In this document: piece by piece, positions 25,379-39,165 of the stretch
How the letters are laid out: each line of letters starts with the position of its first letter
Position numbering within the stretch: the stretch's first letter is position 1
Origin: Octopus sinensis
Lineage: Eukaryota
Assembly: GCF_006345805.1 (NCBI RefSeq)
Contig: NC_043001.1
Span: forward strand, 24,676,001 to 24,740,000
Direction of reading: 5' to 3'
Length of the DNA: 64,000 bases
Position numbers and translations under genes: made by a program
The notes under the pieces: generated by a model
Told to the model about the DNA's origin: nothing
The model's database searches: none
Seen by the model: only the letters and a program-made list of their open reading frames with translations

Positions 25379-25607
25379 CATGTATGTGTATGTGTATGAG
25401 TGTGTGTGTTTGTGTGTGTGTGTGTGTGTGCAAGTGTATTTGTATCTCCTTGATTTCATATTGTGTGACAGCTGTAAACAATCACCACCATTAAACAGAC
25501 AGTGCCCTTCATTTCCAATCTTCCATGAAAGCATATCTGGCCTTAGGGAAATATTATCTTGTTTCAAAACAGATAAATGTTGGTGACAGAAAAGGTATCC
25601 TGCTCGC

Positions 25608-25845
25608 CATAAGGCAGCGAGCTGGTAGAAACGTTAGCACACCAAGCAAAATGCTTAGTGGTACTTTGTCTGTCTTTATGTTCTGAGTTCAAATTCTACC
25701 AAGGTCGACTTTGTCTTTCATCCTTTCGGGGTCGATAAATTAAGTACCATTTACGCACTGGGGTTCGATGTAATTGACTTAATCCCTTTGTCTGTCCTTG
25801 TTTGTTCCCTCTATGTTTAACCCCTTGTGAGCAATAAAGAAATAA
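25608..25845 (+). mobile_element. SINE family A nested in an older SINE
   Basis: aggcagcgagctggtagaaacgttagc...aaagaaat. Flanked by agaaaaggtatcc / agaaagggtatcc duplication. Confidence 0.85.
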
Positions 25846-25959
25846 GAAAGGGTATCCAGCCATAGAAAGCCTGCCTTCTGAGCCATGCAAACATGGAAAA
25901 GTGAACATTGAAACAATGATAACAGCAATGGTGATGACGACGACGACGATGATGATGAT

Positions 25960-26262
25960 CTTCTTCTTCTTCTTCTTCTTCTTCTTCTTCTTCTCCTCCT
26001 CCTCCTCCTTCTCCTCCTCCTCCTTCTTCTTCTTCTCCTCCTCCTTCTTCTTCTCCTCATCCTCCTTCCTCCTCCTCCTCCTCCTCTTCTTCTTCTTCTT
26101 CTTCTTCTCCTCCTCCTCCCCTTCCTCCTCCTCCTCCTCCTCCTTCTTCTCCTCCTCCTTCTCCTCCTCCTCCTTCCTCCTCCTCCTTCCTCCTCCTCCT
26201 CCTCCTTCTTCTTCTTCTTCTTCTTCTTCTTCTTCTTCTTCTTCTTCTTCTTCTTCTTCTTC
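25960..26262 (+). repeat. (CTT)n/(CCT)n polypyrimidine tract
   Basis: ~300 bp almost entirely C/T, growing from a (GAT)n SINE tail. Confidence 0.95.
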
Positions 26263-26984
26263 AGCATCCGGATAAATAATATTGGGTTCTAAAAAAAAAG
26301 GACAAAATTGTGAAACTGTTTTCAGAAATGTCATATTGTCCCTTTATGGTACAAGCTCAAATTCTGCTGTAGTTGACCTTGCCTACCTGCTGTTATTCTT
26401 CCAGATTGATAAAACAATACCAGTAATATACTGCTGTCTTTTTTAATTTGCTGTTCCCTGAAATGATTTTAAGATATGTGACAGGAAAATGTGAGAAATT
26501 ACTATTAAAAGTACATCTTCGAAATTTAATATTCAACCAGAAGTATGAATATATCTAGTAGCATAAGAAAAGTTTATAAATATTTCTATCATCATCATAA
26601 TCATCATCATCATCATTATTGCTATTATCAACATCATCATCATCATCATCAATACCTTGTTGGAATCATCATGCTTCTCTTTCTGTTTTAGTTCAGACTG
26701 AACACAGAGTTGTAATAGAATATTTTTCTATGCATATTAATCCTGTGCCATCTCACCTGAGAGGTCTAATGCTGCCAGGTCTTGCATAATTACTTTTCAA
26801 GTAGGTAACTGAGACCTAAAGAGAAAAATTCTACAAAATCTGGCTCCAAAACACCAACCTGTTTTTTGTAGTTTGAATTTAACTCTCTTTTCCGTTTAGC
26901 AACTCTGTTGTATTTGTATTATCCTATCCTAAGCTAAATAAAAAATGATTAATATATTTGATCAGAAGCCTTTGACAGGATCCC

Positions 26985-27630
26985 CTGATCCCTTATCTGG
27001 TGGTCAATGCAGAAACTGGGGGATAGACGAGTGGCTGATAAGAGTTATACAAGCCCTGTACAGGGATGCTATCAATAAGGTGAGGGTTGGCAACAAGTAT
27101 TAGTGAAGAATTCCGAGTAGAAGTAGGGGTTTGCCATGGATCAGTCCTCAGCCACCTCATATTCATTATAGCTTTCCAGGCAATAACAGAGGAATTCAAG
27201 ACAGGCTGCCCCTGAGAGCTCCTCTATGCTGATGACCTTGCTCTAAAAGTCAAGTCATTGCTAGAACTGGAGATAAAGTTTAGGGTGTGGAAGCAAGGTC
27301 TAGAATTGAAGGGCCTTAGGGTTACTCTAGCAAAAACTAAAGTCTTAGTAAGTAGGAAGGCTGTCAAATCACAACCCCTGCTCAATTTGTAGAAAAGGCA
27401 TGGGTAGAAACTCCATTCGATGTACCCAGTGTAAGCTATGGACACATAAAAGGTACAGCAATATCAAAGGGAGGTTAACCAGAAAAATAGTTTTTGTGTG
27501 TGGCAGATGCACTGGGGCAATAAACACTGAAGATTTACAGAAAATGGATTCCATCGTAATCCAGACTTCAGTCAAACCATCCAGCCCATGCCAGCATGGA
27601 AAACAGACGTTAAATGATGATGATGATTAA
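26985..27630 (+). pseudogene. RTE-clade LINE fragment (RT plus Cys-rich finger) joined to the family-C tail
   Basis: GVDEWLIRVIQALY, EFRVEVGVCHGSVLS, ELLYADDL, GLRVTLAKTK, then C-x2-C...C-x2-C-x3-H...C-x2-C. Tail ccatgccagcatggaaaacagacgttaaatgatg. Confidence 0.85.
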
Positions 27631-27659
27631 TTGTTAATGTAAACAAAATGAAATCTGCT

Positions 27660-28035
27660 TTATCTCAGGTTTAATCCCATTGCATGCCACTTTGGGTAAG
27701 TGTCTTCTATATCCCTGGAGTGACCAAAACCATGTAAAAGTATTTGGTAGATGGAAACCGAAAGAAGCCTATCATGTGTGTGTGTGTGTGTTGTGTGTTA
27801 CTCTCTCCTTGCTACAGCTTCATGTGATAACTGTAAACAAATGTCACCATCATGCAAGTGGTATTATTTCCAATATTCTGTGAAAACATGTCCGGTCATG
27901 GAGAATATTGTCTTACTTGGAAACAAGTGAGGGTTGGTGTCAGGAAGAGTGTCCAGCTGTAGAAAATATCTCAACAAATTTCATCCAACCCATGCAAGCA
28001 TGGAGAAGTGGATGTTAAACAAGAATGATGACAAT
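27660..28035 (+). mobile_element. SINE: B-like head, variant body, RTE tail
   Basis: tgggtaagtgtcttcta...tggtagatggaaac...tccagctgtagaaa...catgcaagcatgga. Related pieces at 25440-25600 and 63290-63450. Confidence 0.65.
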
Positions 28036-28167
28036 GCTACAACCATCATGAGAATATTTTTCATTTTACATATGTCTTCTAATGAAGATCATTTTATTTT
28101 GTTATATCTCAGGAGGGTCTTTATACTAGTAATAGATATACTTGTTTCTATATCATTCCTTTTATTC

Positions 28168-28365
28168 ATCATCATCATCTTCATCATCGTTTAACGTCCA
28201 CTTTCCATGCTAGCATGGGTTGGACGATTTGACTGAGGGCTGGTGAACTAGATGGCTGCACCAGGCTCCAATCTTGATCTGGCAGAGTTTCTACAGCTGG
28301 ATGCCCTTCCTAATGCCAGCCACTCCGTGAGTGTAGTGGGTGTTTTTTACGTGTCACCAGCACAA
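28168..28365 (-). mobile_element. RTE-tail SINE (family C) tail
   Basis: (CAT)n cgtttaacgtccactttccatgctagc...ttttacgtgtcaccagcac. Confidence 0.85.
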
Positions 28366-28375
28366 GATAGAAAGA

Positions 28376-28476
28376 CGTTTACAGCACCTAGGTTTCCCAA
28401 GCAGTCACCCATCTAAGTACTAACTAGGCTCGACTTTGCTTAACTTCAGTGATCGGACAAGAACCGGTGTTTTCAG
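28376..28476 (-). pseudogene. 5S rRNA pseudogene lacking the first ~19 nt
   Basis: Minus strand reads ctgaaaacaccggttcttgtccgatcactgaagttaagcaaagtcgagcctagttagtacttagatgggtgactgcttgggaaacctaggtgctgtaaacg, an invertebrate 5S body with A-box/IE/C-box region. Confidence 0.9.
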
Positions 28477-29144
28477 TTATTTTTCTTTCTTTTTACAAAT
28501 ACTTCCATCATTATGTCACACTTTTAAAAAAATGCATCTAGCCATGATGTAAATATTGTTTGGATGGTTCTGCAGACAGAGACAACTGGAACTGGATACA
28601 ATTTTCATTGGGAACAGCAGCACCTTGACTATTTTATGTAAAGACACACAGAAATATTTAAAACAATGTTTGAAATCCTTACCTTCAAACCTGTAGACCA
28701 AATTACCGAGCAGCTAATGACCATCCGTTTCATATTTGTATTCTAGGCAGGATTTCAAATACGAGATTGTTCATGTTCAACTAATGTATATAGAAAGACT
28801 TTTTCCCATACATGTGTCAATAATGATGCAATCAATTATACGGCTACCTTCCCTATTTTTGTTCTTACAAGAATTTCAGAAAATAGAAGCATTATACATT
28901 TTACACTTCACTTCATATTATCCTTGGATATATTAATCCATAAAGAAATATGTGTGCGTGTGTGTGTGTGTGTGTGTGTTGTCAGTAGATCATATATCCA
29001 AAAAAGAAGTACATTCTAAACATTAGAGCACTTATAGGAAGCTAGATATATGGTCGGTCACAGAGTGACCAATGGTTTCACATTTATAAAGCTCTTACGG
29101 CCATATAATTAGCTTCCTATAAATAAATTGATATCTGTATATAT

Positions 29145-29260
29145 AAGGGTAGAAATTAATATTATTAAATAATGCCAATTTGAACCAGTGGTTAGCATAG
29201 GACGGTTTGCTGACCATTGTATTTTTAGCATGCAAGGGATCCACTTAGTGGTCTCTCCTC
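29145..29260 (-). mobile_element. TA-embedded fold-back-family terminus fragment
   Basis: Starts ataagggtagaaattaatatt, like 40436 and the reverse complement of 14640. An adjacent hairpin lies at 29034-29121. Confidence 0.55.
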
Positions 29261-29302
<42 letters not shown>

Positions 29303-29306
<4 letters not shown>

Positions 29307-29457
29307 TCATCATCATCATTGTTTAACATCCGTTTTCCATGCTGGCATGGGTTGGACGGTTTGACTGAGGTCTGGAAAGCCAGCAGCTGCACCAGGCTCC
29401 AATCTAATCTGGCAAGGTTTCTACAGCTGAATGCCCTTCCTAATACCAACCACTCTG
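29303..29457 (-). mobile_element. RTE-tail SINE (family C) tail
   Basis: (CAT)n gtttaacatccgttttccatgctggcatggg... Confidence 0.85.
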
Positions 29458-29570
29458 ATATATATATATATATATATATAGGGAAAATTCACAAAAAAAA
29501 ACAAAAGACGAAGTCAAGTGGTGTAGAAAGTAAACGCATGTATTAGTATAATGCTCGGGAATTGAAATAG

Positions 29571-29608
29571 TCTTTAATATTTCGAGCCTACACTCTTCCA
29601 CAGAAAGA
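29571..29608 (-). ncRNA. Minimal hammerhead-like motif (A6U) in TA-embedded element 29480-29865
   Basis: Minus strand reads tcttt|CTGTGGA|a gagt-gtag-gctc|GAA|ATAT|T|aaaga. A homologous copy lies at 40229-40264. Confidence 0.5.
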
Positions 29609-30119
29609 AACAAGGAGAGAAAAAAAAGGAGAAATGTACAAAAACAAAAGATAACAGAGACAGGTGAGGGAACAACAAACAAGAGATATTAGCTTAATAT
29701 CACTACAGAACCCTCAAACAGAGAAAGTGAAAGTAAGGAATGGACAGGTTGGGGTAGGTAGAGTGGGTGGAGGATAAGTTGAGATAGCAGTGTGAGTCTG
29801 TGGGTTTATAGTGGATGGAGGTGATGAAAGAGGAGTGGTAAATGGTGACAAAAATGTACGTGTATATATATATGATTATTATGATCACACTCACACATAC
29901 AAATAGCAATGAAAGAACTTTAACAAAGCAAAAAAAAAAAACTTACTGTCCAACCGAATTAAACAAACAATTGGTTAGTTAATTGGATATTTAACCAATT
30001 GACTTATGATAAAGGAGTAGAATTGAACCAGTGCACATGTTAATAAAACTGGCATAATGACCCTCCCTATTCTCAGAAAAATTTACATAAAGTGTCTTGC
30101 AAAAACAAAGTATATGTGC

Positions 30120-30333
30120 ACATACATACATGCATGTATACATACATGCATACATACATACATACAAGCATGCATACATACATACATACATACATACATA
30201 CATAATACATACATACATACATACATACATACAAGCATGCATACATACATACATACATACATACATACAAGCATGCATACATACATACATACATACATAC
30301 AAGCATGCATACATACATACATACATACATACA

Positions 30334-30365
<32 letters not shown>

Positions 30366-30435
30366 CTTAGATATTAAGGTCGGTTTGGGCCTGAATTTCA
30401 TACATACATACTTACACATATACATACATGTATAT
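30120..30435. repeat. (ACAT)n microsatellite with periodic aagcatgc variant
   Basis: Seen directly. Confidence 0.95.
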
Positions 30436-30439
30436 ATGT

Positions 30440-30640
30440 CGTACATAAGGACTTTGGATATTCTTTTGCCACTCATTCTGATGACGTGTCCAGCCCAGTG
30501 CAATTGTGACTGAATAAGGAAGCTCTTGAATCCACCAAGCTTACACTTGCTAAACAGGTCAGCATTAGAAACTCTGTGGGCTTCTTTGCAAATCTTTGGC
30601 AGGACTTAAATGTCACATTTGACATAAGTATTATGACTGA
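30440..30640 (-). pseudogene. RTE (BovB-like) C-terminal fragment
   Basis: QLHWAGHVIRMSGKRISKVLMY matches the RTE 'LRWxGHVxRM...R+PK' motif. Confidence 0.65.
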
Positions 30641-31080
30641 CAAAGAAAGAGTATGTTGTCAGATCCTCATATGTTGAAACCAATAGGAAATCCATCATAT
30701 ATATATATATATGGGAGGAAAACTGCATGGAAGAAAATATTTTTAAATTTGGAAGCTGATAACAGCATAAACCAGTTAGTAAAATGTGATTTCCTTTTTT
30801 CTGCAAATTGTTTTGAGCAAAACACTAATTCAGTAAAACTTTTGTCATTTTTTATTGTACTGGTGTATGTGTAAAACTTATCTTATGAAGACTTATACTA
30901 ATATTTTTACAATAATTTTTTTATATGAAAACATTTTTTATCTGAAAAAAATAAATTTGAATCTTTATTTTCAATTTATATATAATACAAATATTTTTTT
31001 CTATGCCAGAACATAAACCTTGTTTTATTCAAATGTATAAATAGAAATTTAGTGCATTTACAATTCTTTTGTCTTATTTT

Positions 31081-31129
<49 letters not shown>

Positions 31130-31599
31130 AATAAAAATAATACAAATGAGTATTGCATCGTAGGATGCATATATTTCTACATGTTTTCATGTCATCAATC
31201 ATGAGTGTTAAATTTCTCATTCACATAAGAACAAATTCTTATATGCAAACAGCATACAATACATTTGCTGATGTGTATGAAGCTTGGTCAAGCTCAAATT
31301 AAATAGATTGAAGTCACATAGAGTAGTGTTGAATAAAATATTTTTGTGCTTAAGTCATATTTAACAAGCTTGAATACATTTGGATGTGGAAAGACATTCT
31401 ACTGTGGAAATAATCCCAGAAAAATATTTTCCACCTAGACAACATTTCAGAGGATCTATTTCCATTGTTCTTATAGTGTATATAAGTACATCAATGACAT
31501 ATGAAGCTTTCTGTGTCTGGTAGTCTGCCTGTTATTCCTCTACTCTTCTTAGGTATCCATAGCTTATATTGGGTTACAACATATGGAACATATATCTAC

Positions 31600-33490
31600 T
31601 CCATTTTCTGCTTATTGGGTAAGGTCATTTCCTTGAAGATATCTGAGCCCTGTCTTCTTTCCTATTAAATAAAACCTTAATGTTTGGACTGGCAGTCTTC
31701 AATTTATTTGTGATGGCATTTAGGGCTCTGATGAATAGGGAAACACTGAGTACTCACACTTGATGAAATTTTTGTCGACTCTCACTTTACTGTATCTTTG
31801 AATATAGCTTGGACAGTTTTCACAATGCATTCATCTACACCTTATTCCCTTAGTAACTACCAAATTACCGAACATGTTACACTGTCAAAGAATGTCAGGA
31901 ATAATGGTTTACTCTAAGCCACGTATTTCTCCTGCTGTTGCCCCACAAGGAAGATTCTTCTAAGCATGAAACCAATCTACATTTCATTTAGGGCTACTCT
32001 GTTATGTCTCTCTCCATGATCTTCAGAACCTGATCCAGCAGTCTGAATCTTCTATTGGTTCCTCTCTATATAGTTTCCTCTCTATATAGTTTCCTCTCTT
32101 CTATAGTTTCCTCTCTCTAAAGTATTTGTTATGCCTTTGTAGTAGTTTACACTGATGCATCTATGCCTATTATTGGGTTTAACACCTTTCTGTATAACTT
32201 GATTATCTAGGAGGTAATCATGTATCCTACCTCACTACATATCTTGAGCATCTCTTCAGCTATCCCTCATGGATCTGCCACTTTTTTCTCTTTCCATTTT
32301 GTTAATCACTTTAACTATCATACTGCTGTTCATTTGAATTGTTGGTCCTTCTGTAGAATCAGAATAAGGTAGCCCAACTTTATCCCATGCATTCTCCACA
32401 TTCGGCAGCCTCTCAAAATAGTATTTCCATTGAAATTGAACCAAATTCGATGACTGGCACCCGTGCCAGTTGAGCGCTAACAGCTCCATCCAAGTGGGAT
32501 CACTGCCAGAGCAGCTGTCTGGCTTATGTGCTGGCGGACACGTAAAAAGCATCATTTGAGCATAATCTTTACCAGCGTTGCCTTACTGGCACGTGAACAA
32601 AACATTCGAGCGAAGTCGTTGCTAGTGCCGCTGGACTGACTCCTGTGCAGGTGGCACGTAAAAAACACCATTTTTGAGTGTAGCCATTGCCAGTACCGCC
32701 AGACTGGACCTCTTACCGGTGGCATGTAAAAGCACCCACTACACTCTCGGAGTGGTTGGCGTTAGGATGGGCATCCAGCTGTAGAAGCACTACCAGATCA
32801 AGATTGGAGCCTGGTGCAGCCATCTGGTTCACCAGTCCTCAGTCAAATCGTCCAACCCTTGCTAGCATGGAAAGTGGACGTTAAACGATGATGATGATGC
32901 TACATTTTTTTCCTCTATGTTGATGGCAAGTTTGTGTTCATCATTACAAATACAATTCACACCAATGATGTAATAGTTCTCTTTCACACAAGTGTCTCAC
33001 AACCCTAAACATGCATTTGATCCTTGCAGTGTAGAACATACACAAAACTCTTCCTTTCTGCTTCACCCTCAGCCAAATATACCTGTCTCTTAACCCCTAG
33101 CCTCTTGACAATGCTCCCTTCTAATACTATCCTTCCAGTTTTCCAGGCCTGTTTCTTAGCTTTTACCACCATATAAATTGTGTCAGTTCACAACAATGTT
33201 ATTTTTGGTTTGGTTGGAACTTCACTTCAGCCACATGTCTGATTTCTAGTCTTCAGCAACTTGTTTTGTAGAAATTCCCAGATGTCATCTATGCTACAAG
33301 TATTTAAATCTCTCTTCCTACTGTATCAATTACAATTTCTCTAAACCTATTCCCAATTGCTTGATCGTTCAGCTTACATCTCCATCTTCTCCATTTTGGT
33401 GTACAATCTCCTCCTTCTCCGATTCTGACTCTGTCTAGCTCTGACACTGAAGTCACCTGCCACTTCTTTGCCAGGAAAAGTTTTAATATT
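31600..33490 (-). pseudogene. Decayed RTE LINE, interrupted by a SINE at 32430-32900
   Basis: W+YFERL.NVEN.W, EGP...I....V.K.I.KM...K.G, plus degenerate RT motifs matching the 26985 and 42880 copies. Confidence 0.65.
32430..32900 (+). mobile_element. RTE-tail SINE (family C) with internal tandem units
   Basis: gtggcacgtaaaaaacacc units, tail gttaaacgatgatgatg. Confidence 0.85.
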
Positions 33491-33524
33491 TACAATAGTC
33501 CTATATATATATATATAATGTATA

Positions 33525-33578
<54 letters not shown>

Positions 33579-33699
33579 TGCATATATATATACATTTTAT
33601 AATAAGAGATACATGCATATATATATACATACATACATGCATGCATCACAGAGGCATATATATATATATATATATACACATATATGTATGCATCACTGA

Positions 33700-34012
33700 G
33701 ACAAAATGGCTGAGTTCCTTTCAAGCGTTGGGCCTCATGACAATGACTGTGATCTTTGGCATTATGTCGTGCTTCAGAAAAAGACCCATCAAGTCATGGC
33801 AGATACCAGTGTCACACAAACTGGCGCCCATGCTGGTGATACATAAAAGCACCCATTACACTCTTGGAGTGGTTGGTATTAAGGAGGACATCCAGCTGTA
33901 GAAAACCACACCAAATTAGACTGGAGTCTGGTGCAGGCATTCCAGCATGCCAGCCTGGTCCAACCCATGCAGGATGGACAACAGACGTTAAATGACGATG
34001 ATGATGATGATG
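33700..34012 (+). mobile_element. RTE LINE 3' end (ORF end plus family-C tail)
   Basis: ...ALGL..MT.DLW..V.L.K remnant followed by the same 3' tail as family C SINEs. Confidence 0.6.
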
Positions 34013-34046
34013 ATATATATATAACTCGCTCTGAGATTTATCATTG

Positions 34047-34101
<55 letters not shown>

Positions 34102-34124
34102 ATATATATATATTTTTATATCTT

Positions 34125-35020
<896 letters not shown>

Positions 35021-35171
35021 CTTGTATATATATATGTGTGTGTGTGTGTGTGTATGTGTGCATGTGCATTCATGCATGCATATGTGTGTGCATGTGTGTA
35101 CGTATGTATGTATATGAATACGTATGCACAGATGGATTCATGCAGACATATATTTGCAAATATATATACAT

Positions 35172-35233
<62 letters not shown>

Positions 35234-35238
35234 TATAC

Positions 35239-35338
35239 NNNNNNNNNNNNNNNNNNNNNNNNNNNNNNNNNNNNNNNNNNNNNNNNNNNNNNNNNNNNNN
35301 NNNNNNNNNNNNNNNNNNNNNNNNNNNNNNNNNNNNNN
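35239..35338. other. Assembly gap (100 N) within (TA)n
   Basis: Run of N. Confidence 0.99.
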
Positions 35339-35357
35339 TATATATATATTATATATA

Positions 35358-35393
<36 letters not shown>

Positions 35394-36073
35394 TTTTTTG
35401 CATGTATATGAATATGTATGTGTATTATATATATATATATATATGTTTTTTTGCATGTATATAAATATGTATGTATATATATATATATATATATTTGTGT
35501 GTGTGTATATATTAGCTTATTCACAACTATATATATATATGTTATTTTATGTGTATATATGTATATACACACACACACATATATGTGCCCCTTTCACCCA
35601 CCCGTTCTTGCAGCTGTTCTCCCATGGGATCTCTGGATTGTATTATCTGAGCAAAAATAATCATCTCTGGTTACTGAATACACTTTACATGTAAACTGAA
35701 CATGGCACCCACTTTACCACCTCCCAGTCCATGACAGACATCTTGTTGGTGCCACAACAAATACACCCAAGTACCCCACGACCCCCAAAGTGTATTGCAA
35801 AACACAATTTTGTGAGATTCCTTTTGTCATGTCTCAGTGAGGGCCTATTAGTTTCTGTTTGTAGCACATGGAAATGCATGTTAGAGTGGATATTCCTTGT
35901 AGAAACCAAGGGAAAATGGCAAGTATATGCAAAAATCTATGAGAGCAGTGACACCCATCAAGAAGGGGCTTGGATTATAATGACCGACTGAACTCATCAA
36001 ACACATAGGAGCATGGTAAAAATGAGGATGATATTAGTGGTGGTATGGTGGTAGTAGTGGGTGGTGATGATGA

Positions 36074-36297
36074 TGGCAGAAGCGTTAGCATGCCGGGCGA
36101 AATGCTTTGCGGTATCTCGTCTGCCGTTACATTCCGAGTTCAAATTCTGCCGAGGTCGACTTTGCCTTTCATTTTTTCGGGGTCAATAAATTAAGTACCA
36201 GTTACACACTGGGATCTATGTAATCGACTTAATACCTATGTCTGTCCTTGTTTGTCCCCTCTATGTTTAGCCCCTTGTGGGTAATAAAGAAATAGGT
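36074..36297 (+). mobile_element. SINE family A
   Basis: ggcagaagcgttagcatgccgggcgaaatgc...gtaataaagaaatagg. Confidence 0.88.
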
Positions 36298-36369
36298 AAT
36301 AATATCTGCATGTATATGTATGTGTGTGTGGGGCATGTATGTTTACACATGTATGTTTGTGTGCATGTG

Positions 36370-36683
36370 AAGGTGCTTAGTATAGTGGTGAGGGTGCTGT
36401 GCTCATGATCACAGGGACGTTAGTTCAGTTCCTGGATTAGGTGATACAGTCTGTCATTCACTCAGGTCCTTCATTTCACATTGTTCCATTTTGCTCAGCT
36501 ATAAACGAGTACCAGCAAATCACTGGTACAGTTCTATCCCCCTTCAGTTGTTACATTCGCAATCTTCCATTAGGGCCAGGGTTGATGATGAGAATGTGTG
36601 TATGTCTGCTTGCAAATTCATAGCGATTACTTAAAGCGTCATACAAGCTACTATGCATGCTCACTTACAAGTGATGGCCATGG

Positions 36684-36690
<7 letters not shown>
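36370..36690 (+). mobile_element. Diverged tRNA-derived SINE (E-like)
   Basis: tagtggtgaggg...gttcagttcctgga...atttcacattgttcca...ctcagct. Confidence 0.45.
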
Positions 36691-36724
<34 letters not shown>

Positions 36725-36939
36725 ATATATATATATGTGTGTGTATATATATATAGAAAATGATATATATGTGTGTGTGTATATATATACACATACACAT
36801 ATATATATACACACATACTCACACACACAGCAAGATACATTTGTATACACACACACGCACACACATACACAACACACACACACACACCACACACATATAA
36901 ATATATATATATATATATATAATATATATACATAATATA

Positions 36940-36978
<39 letters not shown>

Positions 36979-36989
36979 TATATGCAGAT

Positions 36990-37127
36990 GTTTGCCATTA
37001 CCTTCTGCCCGAGCTGCGTGGAGCTTAGGTGTGTTGCTCATAAACACACACATTGCCCCGGTCTGAGATTTGAACCCGCGATCCCTCGACCACAAGTCTG
37101 CTGCGCTAACCACTAGGCCATGTGCCT

Positions 37128-37130
<3 letters not shown>
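36990..37130 (-). mobile_element. tRNA-derived SINE head (D-like)
   Basis: Minus strand ggaggcacatggcctagtggttagcgcagcagac...gggttcaaatctc. Confidence 0.75.
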
Positions 37131-37174
<44 letters not shown>

Positions 37175-37279
37175 AATGCATCTATGTGTATATGTGTTTA
37201 TGCATGTGTATACATTTAATGAGTTTGCTACAACTCCACTTTAGAGTATTTCATTACATGAAGTTTCATATCTTTTAAA

Positions 37280-37389
37280 TATCCTTAGGGTACTCGTCTG
37301 ATGTAAATGCAGCATCAGAAATGCAACTGACTGTGAGTATTAAGCAGTTCAGATGCTGTACTCTCATATGATGATTACCCTAAGGATAT
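37280..37389. mobile_element. Small MITE-like hairpin
   Basis: atatccttagggta...taccctaaggatat with inner gcagcatc/gatgctgt arms. Confidence 0.5.
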
Positions 37390-37816
37390 GATATACTGTA
37401 AGTAACCAAATGCTGTAGGCTGAATTATAATTAATGCATTAGGCATTTATTCTACTAGGGTATTGTGTGTCTTTTTGCATTGTTCACTTTCACTCTGTAT
37501 ATGAATTCATGTACATACAGCCTAATTGTGTGTGTGTGAGGGAGAGAGAAAGAGAGAGACAGACAGAGACTCAGAGAGAACTTGGTGCATAGAAGCACAC
37601 TCATGGCTTGTAGCAGACGAAATTCATTTCTCATGGGCGTCTGCTATGATCTATCTCTGTGCTTTTATGCACCAGGTACCTATGTGAGAGGATCTCTCAA
37701 GGCCAATAATGGAGTATTTGGTTGTTCTAACGAGGCATCCGTGTTAAGTCGGATATAAAGGTCACCTTTTGGTAATAATACTGGATCTGTCACTAATAAT
37801 TAATGCATATATGTAA

Positions 37817-37847
<31 letters not shown>

Positions 37848-38287
37848 TCAAGACTATTGAAAAGGTTGCAAGATGCAACAAAACTTTTTAGGAAAATAAA
37901 AGTTAAAAAATAAGTGGAAATTTCGCTGGTGAGTGTGTTACATTATAAGGCACAAAAAAACAATGACTCTCCCCAGCACAACGGAGTCTATATATATATA
38001 TAATATACATATTATATATATACACACACACATATATGCACACATATATGCACACATATATACATATGTATGTATACATACAGGTATGGTTATGTAAGTA
38101 TATATATATATGCACATTATATACGTATGTATATATATATATATATATATATATACATACATACATATATATACATACATATGTGTATATGTATCTATAT
38201 ATATGCGCATGTACGTAGGTATATATGTGTGTGTACGTAAGTATATATATATATATGTGTGTGTGTGTATACATATATATATGTATG

Positions 38288-38319
<32 letters not shown>

Positions 38320-38323
38320 TCTA

Positions 38324-38354
<31 letters not shown>

Positions 38355-38777
38355 GTATTAACATATATATATATCATGTATATGTGTGTGCATGTATGTA
38401 TGCATTTATGTATACATATGTTTGTGTGTAGATATATATTGGTGCATGATGCACTCCTTGGACCCACTGGATCTTGTCGAACCATCTAACCCATGCCAGC
38501 ATGGAACATGGACATTAAATTATGATGACAGTTATGATGATGATGATGTATAAGTATTTATGCATGTTTGTGTGTGTGTGTGTGTTTGTGGTCTGGTGTG
38601 TGTTTGTGTGTGGGTAGCAAGATGCATGGACCTCACAAGGCACATTTCAGTTCCTCTAACCATTTTATTCAGTGATTTTTAATCAATCTGAAATGCTTAC
38701 TGCTATGACCAGTGACACTTTAAAAAAATATGAAGAAAGAACATATAAGAATGTATAAATATACATACATATATGTG

Positions 38778-39165
38778 CGGGGGTGGCTGTGTGGTAAAAG
38801 ATTTGCTTCCCAACCAGATGGTTTGGGTTCAGTCCTACTGTGTGGCATGTTGGGCTAGTGTCTTCTACTAAGGCCTCAGGCTGACCAATGCCTTATGAAT
38901 GTATTTTGTACATGGAAACTGAAAGAAGCTTGTCATATGGGTATGTGTGTGTTTGGGTCCTTGTTTGTTTCCCACCACTACTTGACAACTTATGTTGATG
39001 TGTTAAAATCCTGTAACTTAGTGGTTTGGCAAAAGATATCGATAGAATAAGTACTAGACTTAAACAAAATAAGTACAGGGATTAATTCATTTGACTAATA
39101 GTTCTTCAAGATGGTGCCCCAGCATGGCCACAGTCTAATGATTGAAACAAGTAAAATATAAAAGT
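38778..39165 (+). mobile_element. SINE family B (diverged)
   Basis: gggtggctgtgtggtaa...gattgaaacaagtaaaa. Confidence 0.8.

Noticed and set aside
25696-26334. Poly-E/K/R ORFs
   Set aside because: Translation of a CTT/CCT microsatellite.
29093-29105. cttacggccata resembling the missing 5' end of 5S
   Set aside because: Wrong strand relative to the 5S copy, short, and explained as one arm of the 29034-29121 hairpin.
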